This document shows, in pieces, positions 1 to 15,303 of a stretch of DNA of 64,000 nucleotides; positions within the stretch are counted from its first letter, which is position 1; each line of letters starts with the position of its first letter. The position numbers and the translations under genes are program-made. Location of the stretch: the NCBI GenBank assembly GCA_016184305.1, contig JACPCX010000176.1, positions 12,713 to 76,712 on the forward strand. The letters are read 5' to 3'. The notes under the pieces are model-generated. The model was not told the DNA's origin and searched no databases. It worked only from the letters and a program-made list of their open reading frames with translations. The stretch comes from Candidatus Rokuibacteriota bacterium (GTDB taxonomy: Bacteria; Methylomirabilota; Methylomirabilia; Rokubacteriales; CSP1-6).

Positions 1-1
1 C

Positions 2-1936
2 CTGGCACCGGGCATCCTGATCTTCATCATCGCCTCCAATTTCATCACGACCTCCATCGAGGGATGGTTCAAGCCCCAGGTCGAGCGGCCGCTGGACCAG
101 GCGCTGCAGGTGGCGCAGACCTACTACCAGACGCTGGAGGGCACGGCGCTCAGGCATGCTCGGTACATGGCCCGGGTGGCAGAGCGCGAGGGGCTCCTGG
201 GCGAGGAGCGGCGCGAGCCCCTGGCCGCGTACCTCGACGAGCAGCGGGAGCGCCTCGGGCTGTCGGCCATCACGGTCTTCGACCGGCGCGGGCAGGAGCA
301 GTTCCACGCCAAGGACCCGGCGCTCGCCACCGTCGCCACGCGCTCCATGCACAAGGACAAGGTCGCCCAGGGGCTCGGCGGCCAGGAGGTCACCACGGTC
401 CACGAGCTCGACCGGGGCGACATGATCCAGGCCGTGGTCCCGATCCGCAACTCGAGCCGCCAGGTGGAGGGCGTGCTCGTGGTGTCGAGCCACGTGAGCC
501 AGCGGCTCGAGAACCGCCTTCGTGGGATCAGTCAGGCCTTCCAGGAGTACAAGCAGCTCAAGCTCCTCAAGAACCCCATCAAGGCCATCTACATCCTGCT
601 GTTCCTGCTCATGACCCTGATCATCGTGTTCTCGGCGACGTGGTTCGGTCTCTACCTGGCCCGGGGCATCACCGACCCGATCCAGATGCTGGCCGAGGGC
701 ACGCGCGAGGTCGCGGCCGGGAATCTCGGCTATCAGGTGCAGGTGCGCGCCGACGACGAGATCGGGATCCTCGTGGACTCCTTCAACCGGATGACCCGCG
801 ACCTGGCGTCCTCGAGGACCAGGCTCGAGGAGGCCTACCTCGACCTGCAGGCCAAGCACGGCGAGATGGAGATGCGGCGCCGCTACACGGAGACCGTGCT
901 GGAGGCGGTGGCGACCGGCGTGGTCTCCCTCGATCCCGAGGGGCGCGTGACCACCATCAACGGGGCAGCCGAGCGCATGCTGGGCATCCCCGCGCAGGCG
1001 GCGCTCGGACAGCCCGACTCCGCCGTCTTCCGGCGGCCCGATTTCGGCGAGATCGCGGCCCTGATCAAGCGCATGACACGGCTCAAGGAGGGCACGGTCG
1101 AGCACGAGGTGCACCTGAGGCGCGACGGGCAGGCGATCACCCTCCTGTCCTCGGCCACGGCGCTCCGGGGTCCCGACGGGGCCGACATGGGGCTCGTCCT
1201 CGTGTTCGACGACCTCACCGAGCTCCTGAAGGCCCAGCGGCTGGCCGCGTGGCGGGAGGTCGCCCAGCGCATCGCCCATGAGATCAAGAACCCGCTCACG
1301 CCGATCCAGCTCTCCGCCCAGCGCCTGAGGCGCCGGCTCGCGGGAGACCGGAGCCCCGAGGAGAAGCAGCTGCTCGAGGAGGCCACCTCCACCATCATCC
1401 AGGAGGTCGACGGGCTCAAGCAGCTCGTGGACGAGTTCTCGCGCTTCGCGCGCATGCCGGCCCTGTCGCTCCGGCCGACGGATCTGGCCCGTCTCCTCGA
1501 CGGGGTGATCGTCCTGTACCGCGAGTCGCACCCGGCGCTCGCCATCACGTCGGCGTTCTCGCCCGACCTGCCCCAGATCGAGGTGGATCCCAACCAGATC
1601 AAGCGCGCCGTCCTGAACCTGGTGGACAACGCCGTGGAGGCGGTGGGCCAGGCCGGGGAGGTGACCGTCGAGACCGTGTGGCTTCCGGAGGCGCGGCGGG
1701 CGCGGATCGTCGTGGCCGACACCGGGCCCGGCATCGCCCAGGAGGACCGCGAGCGGCTCTTTCTCCCGTACTTCTCCACGAAGGCCACGGGCATGGGCCT
1801 CGGGCTCCCCATCGTCCACCAGATCGTCATCGACCACGGCGGCACCATCTGGCTCGAGGACAACCTGCCGCAGGGCAGCCGCTTCGTCCTCGAGCTGCCG
1901 GCTGGCCGTCTCGCGCCGGCCCCCGTGCAGGCCTGA
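2..1936 (+). CDS. ntrY: NtrY-like HAMP/PAS sensor histidine kinase (5' truncated by window edge)
   Basis: Frame open from window start; TM segment, HAMP, PAS, H-box AWREVAQRIAHEIKNPLTPIQL, G-boxes DTGPGI and GMGLGL. Confidence 0.85.
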   Translation: MAPGILIFIIASNFITTSIEGWFKPQVERPLDQALQVAQTYYQTLEGTALRHARYMARVAEREGLLGEERREPLAAYLDEQRERLGLSAITVFDRRGQEQFHAKDPALATVATRSMHKDKVAQGLGGQEVTTVHELDRGDMIQAVVPIRNSSRQVEGVLVVSSHVSQRLENRLRGISQAFQEYKQLKLLKNPIKAIYILLFLLMTLIIVFSATWFGLYLARGITDPIQMLAEGTREVAAGNLGYQVQVRADDEIGILVDSFNRMTRDLASSRTRLEEAYLDLQAKHGEMEMRRRYTETVLEAVATGVVSLDPEGRVTTINGAAERMLGIPAQAALGQPDSAVFRRPDFGEIAALIKRMTRLKEGTVEHEVHLRRDGQAITLLSSATALRGPDGADMGLVLVFDDLTELLKAQRLAAWREVAQRIAHEIKNPLTPIQLSAQRLRRRLAGDRSPEEKQLLEEATSTIIQEVDGLKQLVDEFSRFARMPALSLRPTDLARLLDGVIVLYRESHPALAITSAFSPDLPQIEVDPNQIKRAVLNLVDNAVEAVGQAGEVTVETVWLPEARRARIVVADTGPGIAQEDRERLFLPYFSTKATGMGLGLPIVHQIVIDHGGTIWLEDNLPQGSRFVLELPAGRLAPAPVQA

Positions 1937-1955
1937 CAGGAGAGCCGGAGAGCCC

Positions 1956-3323
1956 ATGGCCGGCGAGCACATCCTCATCGTCGACGACGAGCGCGCCATC
2001 CAGACCACGCTGCGGGGCGTGCTCGAGGACGAGGGCTACCACGTCTCGGCGGTGGGCTCCGGGCAGGACGCCATCGGCCGGCTGGCGGAGGAGTCCCCTG
2101 ATCTGATCTTCCTGGACATCTGGATGCCAGGCATGGATGGGCTCGATGCATTGGCCGAGATCATGCGACTCCGGCCCGAGGTCGCCGTGGTGATGATCTC
2201 GGGCCACGCCACAATCGAGACGGCCGTCAAGGCCACCAAGCTGGGCGCCTACGACTTCATCGAGAAGCCGCTCTCGCTGGAGAAGACGCTGCTGGCCGCG
2301 GCCCGCGCGCTGGAGCACTCGCGGCTCGAGCGGGAGAACCGCGCGCTCCGCGAGCAGATCCAGCGCGGCCAGGAGATCGTCGGCAGGAGCCCGCTCATCG
2401 AGGAGCTGCGGCAGCAGATCGCCACCGCGGCGCCCACCAACGGGCGGGTGCTCGTCCACGGGGAGAACGGCTCGGGCAAGGAGCTGGTGGCCCGGGCCAT
2501 CCACACACTCTCCACGAGGCGCGAGGGGCCGTTTGTCGAGGTGAACTGCGCCGCGATCCCCGAGGAGCTGATCGAGTCGGAGCTGTTCGGCCACGAGCGG
2601 GGCGCCTTCACCGGCGCGGTGGCGCGCCACCGCGGGAAGTTCGAGGTCGCCGACGGCGGCACCCTCTTCCTCGACGAGATCGCAGACATGAGCCTCAAGA
2701 CGCAGGCCAAGGTGCTGCGCGTCCTCGAGGAGCAGGCCTTCGAGCGGGTGGGCGGCAAGGACACCATCCGCGTGGACGTCCGCGTCCTCGCCGCGTCCAA
2801 CCAGGACCTGAAGGAACAGATCGCCCAGGGGCGCTTCCGCGAGGACCTCTACTACCGGCTGAACGTCATCCCCATCGAGGTGCCGCCGCTGCGCCGGCGC
2901 AAGGAGGACATCCCCGCGCTGGTCGAGCACTTCATCCGGCTGTTCTCCGCCGAGAACGGCAAGCGCCCGAAGACCGTCTCGGTCGAGGCCCTCGCCTACT
3001 TCCTCTCGTACGACTGGCCGGGGAACGTGCGGGAGCTCCGGAACATGGTCGAGCGGCTCGTCATCATGGCGCCGCGGGACGTGATCGGCCCGGAGAACCT
3101 GCCGCCACCGCTGCGCCCCAAGGAGGCCCCCGCGGGAGCCGAGGAGGTCCAGCGGGAAAAGACCCTCAAGGAGGCCCGAGAGGCGTTCGAGCGCGCCTAC
3201 ATCCTGGCGGAGCTGCGCGCCCACGACAGCAACGTGACGCGCACCGCCGAGAAGCTCGGCGTCGAGCGCAGCCACCTGTACCGCAAGCTCAAGGGATACG
3301 GCATCACGCCATCCAAGGGCTGA
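1956..3323 (+). CDS. ntrX: NtrX/NtrC-family sigma54-dependent response regulator
   Basis: Receiver domain, GENGSGKE, intact GAFTGA, FLDEI, C-terminal Fis-type HTH; follows ntrY. Confidence 0.85.
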   Translation: MAGEHILIVDDERAIQTTLRGVLEDEGYHVSAVGSGQDAIGRLAEESPDLIFLDIWMPGMDGLDALAEIMRLRPEVAVVMISGHATIETAVKATKLGAYDFIEKPLSLEKTLLAAARALEHSRLERENRALREQIQRGQEIVGRSPLIEELRQQIATAAPTNGRVLVHGENGSGKELVARAIHTLSTRREGPFVEVNCAAIPEELIESELFGHERGAFTGAVARHRGKFEVADGGTLFLDEIADMSLKTQAKVLRVLEEQAFERVGGKDTIRVDVRVLAASNQDLKEQIAQGRFREDLYYRLNVIPIEVPPLRRRKEDIPALVEHFIRLFSAENGKRPKTVSVEALAYFLSYDWPGNVRELRNMVERLVIMAPRDVIGPENLPPPLRPKEAPAGAEEVQREKTLKEAREAFERAYILAELRAHDSNVTRTAEKLGVERSHLYRKLKGYGITPSKG

Positions 3324-3336
3324 GCGCCTCGGCGGG

Positions 3337-5307
3337 TCACTGCCGCGGCTCGCCCTGGGGGGCGCGGCCGCCGGCCTCGGCTCGGAACGCGGCGATCTGC
3401 TCGGGCAGCCCGAAGATGCGCATCCGGTCGCCGGCGCGGACGATGGTGTCCGGGTCGGGGTTGAGGAGGACCTCCCCGCCGGCGCGGGTCACGGCCACCA
3501 CCGTGACGCCGAGCCGCTCCCGGATCCGCGCCTCACGAAGCGACTGGTCGGCCAGCACGCCCTGGCCCACCGCCAGGTCCTCCACCTGAGGCAGGAGGTC
3601 CATCGCGTCCCGGCGCACCCCTTCGCCCATCTCCATGGCGCTGCGGAAGCGCTCAAGGTAGGCGAGCACCCGGTCCTGGGGCAGCGCCAGCCGGCGCAGG
3701 GCGTGCCGGATGAGGGTCGCGGCCGCTTCCAGTTCTGGCTGGATGACCTCCGTCGCGCCGGCGCGGGCCAGCGCCTCCATTCCCGACGCGTGATGGGCCC
3801 GGACCAGGACGGGCGCCGCCGGGTTCATGGCGCGCACGTAGCGGACCACGAGGTGGGCGCGGTCGATCTCGGGCAGCGCCACCACCACGAGGGCGGCCTG
3901 CGCGGCGCCCGCGCGCTCGAGGGTGCGCCGATTGGCGGCATCCCCGAACAGGCATGGCACGCGCCGGGCCCGGAGCCCCTGGACGATGTCCGGGTCGAGC
4001 TCGATGACGAGGAAGCGGATGGCGAAGGTCTCGAGCGCCTCGCCGATGGCGCTTCCCACCCGACCGAACCCGCAGAGGATCACGGGCTCAGCCGGTTCGT
4101 GGCCCTCCGGGGGGAGCGCCCACAGGGCCCCGCGGCGCGGGGCGCGCGGCGCGCCGAGCCAGACCGGGATCCAGCGGAACAGCGCAGCGTTGACGAGCAG
4201 CGTGATCAGCGAGGCGGCCAGGATGGCGTTGTACACGTCGGCCGTCACGTGCCCCGCGCTCCGCGCCGCCTGGATCATCACGAACGAGAACTCGCCGATC
4301 TGGGCGAGCCCGACCCCCACCACCACCGCGGTGCGGAGCGGCTGGCCGAACAGCCATACCACGAGCGTCCGCACCACGAACTTGCCGGGCACGATCAGGA
4401 GCACCATGACCCCGAGCAGGGGCAGGTTGGCCAGGATCGCGCGGGGGTCGATGAGCGCTCCCACCGTCACGAAGAAGAGGGCGCCGAACGTGTCGCGGAG
4501 GGGCAGGAGGCGAGCGAGGGTCTCGTGGGCGTAATCGGACTCGCTGATCATCAGACCGGCGAGGAAGGCCCCGAGTGCCAGCGACAGCCCGACGGCCTGG
4601 GTCAGCGCCGCCATGCCGAGGCCGATGGCCAGCCCCACGAGCAGGAACAGCTCCTGGTTGTGCATCCGCGCCACCCGGGTCATGACGGGCGGGACGACCT
4701 TCCAGACCAGCACGGTGAACGGCACGAGCACCAGCGCCGCTTTCCCGAGCGCCGCCCCGATCGTCACCAGGCGTCCCGGCTCCAGCGCTCCCAGCGCCGG
4801 GATCAGGACGATCAGGACGACAACGGCCAGGTCCTCGACGAGGAGGGTCCCCATCATGATCCGTCCGTGACGCGAGTGCATCTCGCCCCGGTCCAGGAGC
4901 AGCCGCACCAGCACCATGGTGCTGGCGACCGAGATGACGATGCCGACCACCGCGCCCTGCAAGGCGGTCCAGCCCAGGAGGGCGCCGGCGCCGACGCCGA
5001 GCCCGACGCAGAGCACGAGGCCCACCGGCCCGCCGAGGAGCGCCACCCACCGCACGCGCAGGAGGTCCTTGAGGGAGAACTCGATGCCGACGGAGAACAG
5101 GAGGAGCACGACGCCGATCTCGGCGAAGAAATCGAAGGTGTGCACGTCGGTCACGGACGGCCCGGGGGTGAGCGGGCTGACCAGGATGCCGCCGAGGATG
5201 TAGCCCAGGATCAGGGGCTGGCGCGCCCACCAGGCGAGGGCGCCCCCCACCACCGCGGCGGCGATGATGAAGGCGAGGTCCCTGAAGACGGCAGGGTCGG
5301 TGGTCAT
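3337..5307 (-). CDS. CPA2/Kef-type cation:proton antiporter with TrkA-N and TrkA-C domains
   Basis: Many TM helices, LAQIGEFSFV motif, GFGRVG NAD-binding motif, C-terminal TrkA-C. Confidence 0.88.
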   Translation of the reverse strand: MTTDPAVFRDLAFIIAAAVVGGALAWWARQPLILGYILGGILVSPLTPGPSVTDVHTFDFFAEIGVVLLLFSVGIEFSLKDLLRVRWVALLGGPVGLVLCVGLGVGAGALLGWTALQGAVVGIVISVASTMVLVRLLLDRGEMHSRHGRIMMGTLLVEDLAVVVLIVLIPALGALEPGRLVTIGAALGKAALVLVPFTVLVWKVVPPVMTRVARMHNQELFLLVGLAIGLGMAALTQAVGLSLALGAFLAGLMISESDYAHETLARLLPLRDTFGALFFVTVGALIDPRAILANLPLLGVMVLLIVPGKFVVRTLVVWLFGQPLRTAVVVGVGLAQIGEFSFVMIQAARSAGHVTADVYNAILAASLITLLVNAALFRWIPVWLGAPRAPRRGALWALPPEGHEPAEPVILCGFGRVGSAIGEALETFAIRFLVIELDPDIVQGLRARRVPCLFGDAANRRTLERAGAAQAALVVVALPEIDRAHLVVRYVRAMNPAAPVLVRAHHASGMEALARAGATEVIQPELEAAATLIRHALRRLALPQDRVLAYLERFRSAMEMGEGVRRDAMDLLPQVEDLAVGQGVLADQSLREARIRERLGVTVVAVTRAGGEVLLNPDPDTIVRAGDRMRIFGLPEQIAAFRAEAGGRAPQGEPRQ

Positions 5308-5443
5308 CGGTTTTCCGAGTGTACCGGAGTCGCGGGACGAAGCCTCGAGGAACCCCGGGGCCCCGCGGCCGCCACGATCCCCACGTTCGTGGCCAGGCGC
5401 CTGCGCATCTCCATGCCGCGGGATTAGGGCGTCCGCCGTGGCC

Positions 5444-5472
5444 TTGACACGGTGGGGGTCCGAGGGTAGGGT
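5444..5472 (+). promoter_or_regulatory. sigma70-type promoter of the pyr operon
   Basis: TTGACA (5444-5449), 17 bp spacer, TAGGGT (5467-5472). Confidence 0.7.
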
Positions 5473-5474
5473 GA

Positions 5475-6364
<890 letters not shown>

Positions 6365-6389
6365 GCGCGCGGGCCAGAGGAGCCGAGGC

Positions 6390-7316
6390 ATGGGCTGGAA
6401 GCGGAAAGACCTCCTGAGCTTGCAGGACCTCGAGGCCGCGGAGATCCGGGACGTGCTGGACACGGCCGGCTCCATGAAGGAGATCGCCACCCGCGAGATC
6501 AAGAAGGTGCCGACCCTCCGGGGCAAGACGGTGGTGAACCTCTTCTTCGAGGCCTCGACGCGCACGCGCACCTCGTTCGAGATCGCGGGCAAGTGGCTCT
6601 CGGCCGACGTCGTCAACTTCTCGGCCTCCGGCTCCAGCGCCGAGAAGGGGGAGAGCCTGCTCGACACCGCGAAGAACATCGAGGCCATGAGCCCGGACGT
6701 GGTCGTGGTCCGCCACAAGGCCTCGGGGGGGCCCGCGCTCCTCGCCCGGCATCTGCGCTGCGCCGTGGTGAACGCCGGTGACGGCGCCCACGAGCACCCC
6801 ACGCAGGGACTGCTCGATCTCCTGACGATCCGGGAGAAGAAGGGGCATCTCGAGGGCCTCAGCGTCGCCATCGTCGGGGACATCACCCACAGCCGGGTGG
6901 CGCGCTCGGACATCCACGGGATGAAGAAGATGGGCATCACCGTGACGGTGGCGGGGCCGCCCACGCTCATCCCGCCCGCGTGCCAGGAGCTCGGCGTCAA
7001 GGTGAGTCACCGGCTGGAGGAGGCCATCGCGCATGCCGACGTCATCGTGATGCTGCGGCTCCAGCACGAGCGGATGGAGAGTGGTCTCATCCCCTCGCTC
7101 CGGGAGTACTCGCGCGTCTGGGGGCTGTCGCTCGACAGGCTCAAGCACTGCCGGCCGGACGTGCTCATCATGCACCCGGGACCGGTGAACCGCGGCGTCG
7201 AGCTGTCCCCGGAGGTGGCCGACAGCCGGTACTCGGTGATCCTGGACCAGGTGACCAACGGCGTGGCGGTGCGCATGGCCGTCCTCTACCTGCTGGCGGG
7301 GAGTCAGCCAGCATGA
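6390..7316 (+). CDS. pyrB: Aspartate carbamoyltransferase catalytic subunit
   Basis: [34 protein letters not shown]. Confidence 0.96.
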   Translation: MGWKRKDLLSLQDLEAAEIRDVLDTAGSMKEIATREIKKVPTLRGKTVVNLFFEASTRTRTSFEIAGKWLSADVVNFSASGSSAEKGESLLDTAKNIEAMSPDVVVVRHKASGGPALLARHLRCAVVNAGDGAHEHPTQGLLDLLTIREKKGHLEGLSVAIVGDITHSRVARSDIHGMKKMGITVTVAGPPTLIPPACQELGVKVSHRLEEAIAHADVIVMLRLQHERMESGLIPSLREYSRVWGLSLDRLKHCRPDVLIMHPGPVNRGVELSPEVADSRYSVILDQVTNGVAVRMAVLYLLAGSQPA

Positions 7317-8587
7317 GCCTCCTCATCAGGCAGGGGCGGGTCGTGGATCCCGCCAGCGGCATCGACGGCGTCCAGGACGTCCTGGTGGTCGACGGGCGCA
7401 TCGGGAAGGTGGGCCCAGGGCTCCGGGCCCCGCAGGGGACGCAGGTCATCGACGCGGCGGGCAAGGTCGTCTGCCCCGGCTTCATCGACATCCACGTCCA
7501 CCTGCGCGAGCCGGGCTTCGAGTACAAGGAGACAGTGGCCAGCGGCACGCGCGCGGCGGCGGCCGGCGGTTTCACCGCCGTCGCCTGCATGGCCAACACC
7601 GTCCCCGTCAATGACAATCGCGCGGTCACCGACTACATCCTCGCCAAGGCCCGCGTGGAAGGCGTCGTGCGTGTCTACGCCATCGGCGCCGTCACGCGGG
7701 GGCTTCGGGGCGAGCATCTCTCCGAGATGGCGGAGCAGGCGGAGGCCGGCTGCGTGGCCTTCTCCGACGACGGCAGGTGCGTGATGAACGCCGCCCTCTA
7801 CCGGCGGGCCATGGAGTACGCGCTCCCCTTCGGGACGCCGCTCATCAGCCACGCCGAGGACTGCCACCTGGCGCATGGCGGCGTCATGCACGAGGGGTTC
7901 GTCTCCACGGACCTCGGCCTGACGGGGCAGCCCGCCGCGGCGGAGGACGTGATGGTGGCGCGGGACATCGTGCTGGCCGAGCTGACCGGCGCGCACGTGC
8001 ACATCGCGCACCTCTCCACGGCCGGGGCCGCGCGCCTGGTGCGCGACGGCAAGGCCCGCGGCGTCCGGGTGACCGCCGAGGTGACGCCGCATCACCTCCT
8101 GCTCACCGACGAGGCGGTGCGCGACTACGATCCCAACACCAAGATGCAGCCGCCGCTGCGCTCCACGCGGGACGTGGAGGCGGTGCTCGAGGGGCTCCTG
8201 GACGGGACCATCGACTGCGTCGCCACCGACCACGCCCCGCATGCCCTGTCCGAGAAGGAGGGCGAGTTCGCGGAGGCCGCCAGCGGCGTCGTGGGGCTCG
8301 AGACGGCTGTCCCGCTCCTGCTCGACCGGCTCGTGCGGCCGGGGCGCCTCGACCTCTCCACCTTCGTGGCGCGCATGTCCTCTGGCCCCGCCCGCGTCCT
8401 CGGCCTGCCGGGCGGGAGCCTCGCGCCCGGAGCCGCCGCGGACATCACCATCCTGGACCTCGAGCGGCCCTTCACCGTGGACCCGGCCGCGTTCCACTCG
8501 CGCAGCCGCAACACCCCCTTCCGGGGTGTCACGGGCACCGGCGCCCCGATCATGACCATCGTCGGCGGCACCGTGGTGACGCCATGA
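7313..8587 (+). CDS. pyrC: Dihydroorotase
   Basis: [38 protein letters not shown] overlap with pyrB. Confidence 0.95.
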   Translation: MSLLIRQGRVVDPASGIDGVQDVLVVDGRIGKVGPGLRAPQGTQVIDAAGKVVCPGFIDIHVHLREPGFEYKETVASGTRAAAAGGFTAVACMANTVPVNDNRAVTDYILAKARVEGVVRVYAIGAVTRGLRGEHLSEMAEQAEAGCVAFSDDGRCVMNAALYRRAMEYALPFGTPLISHAEDCHLAHGGVMHEGFVSTDLGLTGQPAAAEDVMVARDIVLAELTGAHVHIAHLSTAGAARLVRDGKARGVRVTAEVTPHHLLLTDEAVRDYDPNTKMQPPLRSTRDVEAVLEGLLDGTIDCVATDHAPHALSEKEGEFAEAASGVVGLETAVPLLLDRLVRPGRLDLSTFVARMSSGPARVLGLPGGSLAPGAAADITILDLERPFTVDPAAFHSRSRNTPFRGVTGTGAPIMTIVGGTVVTP

Positions 8588-9711
8588 CACAGGCGCTGCT
8601 GGCGCTGGCCGACGGACGGGTCTTCCGGGGCGAGCCTTGCGGGGCCACCGGTGAAGCTCCGGGAGAAGTCGTCTTCAACACCGCCATGACGGGCTACCAG
8701 GAGATCATGACCGATCCCTCCTACCGGGGGCAGCTCGTCTGCATGACCTACCCGCTCATCGGCAACTACGGCATCAATCCAGAGGATATGGAGTCGAGTC
8801 GGCCCTGGCTCAGCGGCTTCATCGTCAAGGAAGCGTGCCCCTACCCGTCCTCCTGGCGCCGGCGGACCTCGCTCGACGCGTACATGAAGGAACACGGGAT
8901 CGTCGGCATCCAGGGCATCGACACGCGCGCGCTGACGCGCCATCTCCGCGACCAGGGTGCCCAGGCGGGCATCATCTCGTCGGTGGAAGGCGACGTGGCG
9001 CGGCTGGTGGAGCGGGTGCGAGCCGTCCCGAGCCTGGTGGGCCGTGACCTGGTGCGGGAGGTGACGGCGGAGGCGACCTACGGGTGGGCCGAGGGCACGT
9101 GGGATCTCCGCCGCGGCTACACCGAGCCGGCGGCGCCGCGGTTCCGGGTGGTCGCCTTCGACGCGGGGATCAAGCGGAACATCCTGCGCCGCCTCGCCTC
9201 GCTGGGCTGCGCGCTCCAGGTGCTGCCGGCCGGCACCCCCGCCGAGGCGATCCTCGAGATGAAGCCCCACGGGATCTTCCTCTCCAACGGCCCGGGCGAT
9301 CCGGAGCCCGTGGAGTACCTGATCCGGACCGTGCGGGCCCTCGTCGGCCGGGTGCCGATCTTCGGCATCTGCCTCGGCCACCAGATCCTGGGACTCGCTC
9401 TCGGCGGGACGACGTACAAGCTCAAGTTCGGCCACCATGGCGCCAACCACCCGGTGAAGAACCTCCTGACCGGCGGCGTGGAGATCACGGCGCAGAACCA
9501 CGGCTTCGCCGTGGACCCGGGCTCGCTGGAGCGGGTCGGGGTCGAGCCGACACACGTGAGCCTCAACGACGGCACCTGCGAGGGGATGCGGCACCGGGAG
9601 CTTCCGGTCTTCTCCGTGCAGTACCACCCCGAGGCCTCTCCCGGCCCGCACGATGCGGACTACCTGTTCCAGGCCTTCATCGCCCTGATGGAAGGCGAGA
9701 AAGGAGGGTGA
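8584..9711 (+). CDS. carA: Carbamoyl-phosphate synthase small chain
   Basis: [38 protein letters not shown]. Confidence 0.97.
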   Translation: MTQALLALADGRVFRGEPCGATGEAPGEVVFNTAMTGYQEIMTDPSYRGQLVCMTYPLIGNYGINPEDMESSRPWLSGFIVKEACPYPSSWRRRTSLDAYMKEHGIVGIQGIDTRALTRHLRDQGAQAGIISSVEGDVARLVERVRAVPSLVGRDLVREVTAEATYGWAEGTWDLRRGYTEPAAPRFRVVAFDAGIKRNILRRLASLGCALQVLPAGTPAEAILEMKPHGIFLSNGPGDPEPVEYLIRTVRALVGRVPIFGICLGHQILGLALGGTTYKLKFGHHGANHPVKNLLTGGVEITAQNHGFAVDPGSLERVGVEPTHVSLNDGTCEGMRHRELPVFSVQYHPEASPGPHDADYLFQAFIALMEGEKGG

Positions 9712-9718
9712 CCTCTCC

Positions 9719-9985
9719 ATGTCGAAGTACCTGATCTCGTACCGCAAGACCGAGGAAGTCGGTCAGAAGCCCGAGTGGGCCAGCTTCACCACCGAGAGCG
9801 AGCTGGCGCTCGAGGCGCACGCCGTCAAGGAACGCGTCGAGAAGCGCATGAGCGTGCTCGGCGAGAAGCTCTGGGGCAAGGGGGACGTCGTGTGGGTCGG
9901 CTCGGGCCGCCTGGACGACGTGCTCTACAAGCGGGAAGAGGCCGCCCCGGAGGCGTCGATAATCTATGGGCTCGTCGCGGAGTAG
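9719..9985 (+). CDS. Hypothetical protein (88 aa)
   Basis: Host-like codon usage, AGGAGG upstream, sits between carA and carB; no recognised family. Confidence 0.7.
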   Translation: MSKYLISYRKTEEVGQKPEWASFTTESELALEAHAVKERVEKRMSVLGEKLWGKGDVVWVGSGRLDDVLYKREEAAPEASIIYGLVAE

Positions 9986-10037
9986 ACGGCGCGCCCGCGC
10001 ACCGCTCGCGGTGCACCTTACATCGAAGGGAGCCGAG

Positions 10038-10205
10038 ATGCTCGTGAAGGCGGAGGCGTACTACGATGGCAAGTTCTGGTGCGCCCGCGGCATCGGTGCC
10101 GACTTCTTTACCCAGGGCAGGACGCTGGACGAGCTCCTGCGCAATGCGAAAGAAGCGGCTGGACTGCATTTCGCCGGCTCGCGGCCGCCAACGCCGAACT
10201 GGTGA
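10038..10205 (+). CDS. HicB-like antitoxin N-terminal domain protein, short and possibly truncated
   Basis: [32 protein letters not shown] resembles the HicB TqG.T.eE...n.kEA..l pattern; GGGAG RBS; no hicA partner. Confidence 0.55.
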   Translation: MLVKAEAYYDGKFWCARGIGADFFTQGRTLDELLRNAKEAAGLHFAGSRPPTPNW

Positions 10206-10227
10206 AGGAGCTCGGCGGGTAGCGGCC

Positions 10228-13426
<3,199 letters not shown>

Positions 13427-13440
<14 letters not shown>

Positions 13441-14149
13441 CCCCCGGGACCGGCTCATCGTGGCCCTCGACGTGGACACGCTCAGTGCCGCCGAGGTCCT
13501 CATGGACCGGCTGGATGGGCTCGTGAGGCGATTCAAGATCGGCTCGCAGCTCTTCACCGCCTGCGGTCCGGCGGCGGTGGAGGCCGTCCACACGCGCGGC
13601 GCCGAGGTCTTCCTCGACCTCAAGTTCCACGACATCCCGCACACGGCGGCGGGGGCGGCGCGGGAAGCGGCGCGCATGGGTGTCTTCATGTTCACCGTCC
13701 ACGCCGCGGGAGGCCGCACCATGATGGCGGCGGCGTCCGAGGCCGCGGCGGCGGCACCGTCGCCCGGGGCGCGGCGCCCCCTCGTGATCGCGGTGACGGT
13801 GCTCACGAGCCTGGACCGGCCGGCGCTGCACCGGGAGGTCGGGGTGCCCTCCTCGGTGCAGGGGCATGTGCTCCACCTGGCCGGGCTCGCCCGCGCGGCG
13901 GGGCTCGACGGCTGCGTCGCCTCGCCCAACGAGATCGCCCCGCTCCGGAACCAGCTCGGCGACGCCTGGGTGATCGTGACGCCCGGGGTGCGCCCGGCGG
14001 GCAGCGCCCTCGACGACCAGTCCCGCGTGGCCACTGCCGCGGCGGCCGCGCGGGCGGGCGCCGACTACCTGGTCGTGGGACGGCCGATCACCGCCGCGTC
14101 CGATCCCGCCGCCGCCGCCCGCGCCATCCTGGAAGAGATCCGCGCGTGA
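13427..14149 (+). CDS. pyrF: Orotidine-5'-phosphate decarboxylase
   Basis: [32 protein letters not shown]. Confidence 0.95.
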
Positions 14150-14760
14150 CCACACCCCCCGACCACGGCGCGCTGATCCGGCGGCTCTTCGAGATCGGCG
14201 CGCTGCGGTTCGGCGAGTTCACGCTCAAGTCCGGGATCACGTCGCCCTTCTACATCGACCTCCGCGTCGTGATTTCGCACCCGGACGTGCTCGCGCGGAT
14301 CGGCGCCCTCATGGCGCGGGCGGTGTCGCGCTGCCGCGCCGACCGCATCGCCGGCATCCCCTATGCCGGGCTGCCGCTCGCCGTGGCCACGAGCCTGGCC
14401 GGCAACCTCCCGCTGATCTACCCTCGGCGGGAGGAGAAGGCCTACGGCACGAAGAAGCGGATCGAGGGGCTCTACACGCCCGGCGAGCAGGTCGTCGTCA
14501 TCGACGACATCATCACCGACGGGGCGAGCAAGTTCGAGGCGATCCAGCCGCTGGAGGAGGCGGGCCTCGTGGTCAAGGACCTCGTGATCCTCATCGACCG
14601 CGAGCAAGGCGGGCGCGAGCGGCTGGCCGCCAAGGGGTACACGCTCCACGCGGTGCTCACGATCTCGCAGTGCCTGGACGAGCTGGAGCGCGCGGGCCTC
14701 GTCCCGGCCGGGCTCGCCGGGACGGCCCGAGCGTTCGTCCGGGCCACCCGGTTCGCCTGA
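14146..14760 (+). CDS. pyrE: Orotate phosphoribosyltransferase
   Basis: [32 protein letters not shown]. Confidence 0.93.
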   Translation: MTTPPDHGALIRRLFEIGALRFGEFTLKSGITSPFYIDLRVVISHPDVLARIGALMARAVSRCRADRIAGIPYAGLPLAVATSLAGNLPLIYPRREEKAYGTKKRIEGLYTPGEQVVVIDDIITDGASKFEAIQPLEEAGLVVKDLVILIDREQGGRERLAAKGYTLHAVLTISQCLDELERAGLVPAGLAGTARAFVRATRFA

Positions 14761-15290
14761 TGCTCCGCGCGCCGGAGGGCGTCGGGGAGATCCTGGTGGA
14801 CGAGGCCACGATCCGCGCCGAGGTGGCCCGCCTGGGCGCGCAGATCTCCGCGGACTACGCCGGCCGCCCGCCCCACCTGATCGGCGTCCTCAAGGGGGCC
14901 GCCGTCTTCATCGCCGACCTCGCGCGCGCGCTCACGGTGCCCGCCACCCTGGACTTCATCTCGATCGTCCCCTACGGCCAGGAGGTGACCTCGTCGGGCG
15001 TGGTCCGCATCCGCAAGGACCTGGACGATCCCATCGAGGGGAAGGACGTCATCGTGGTCGAGGGCATCTGCGCCAGCGGGCTCTCCCTCTCCTACCTCCT
15101 GCGCAACTTCGAGACACGGCACCCCGCCTCGCTCCGGGTCTGCGCCTTCGTCGCCAGGCAGCGCCCGCGCCCCGACGACGTGGTCCTGCACTACGTCGGA
15201 CGCGAGATCCCCGACACCTTTGTGGTCGGCTACGGCCTCGACTCCCAGGAGCGCTACCGCCACCTGCCCTATATCGCCCGCCTCGCCTGA
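14760..15290 (+). CDS. hpt: Hypoxanthine phosphoribosyltransferase homolog with degenerate PRPP-binding motif
   Basis: GVLKGA.VF.ADL.R, SSGVV.I.KDLD, FVVGYGLD..E.YR.LPYI; but EGICASG replaces EDIIDSG. Confidence 0.8.
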   Translation: MLRAPEGVGEILVDEATIRAEVARLGAQISADYAGRPPHLIGVLKGAAVFIADLARALTVPATLDFISIVPYGQEVTSSGVVRIRKDLDDPIEGKDVIVVEGICASGLSLSYLLRNFETRHPASLRVCAFVARQRPRPDDVVLHYVGREIPDTFVVGYGLDSQERYRHLPYIARLA

Positions 15291-15303
15291 AGGGCGGGGC
15301 CCT

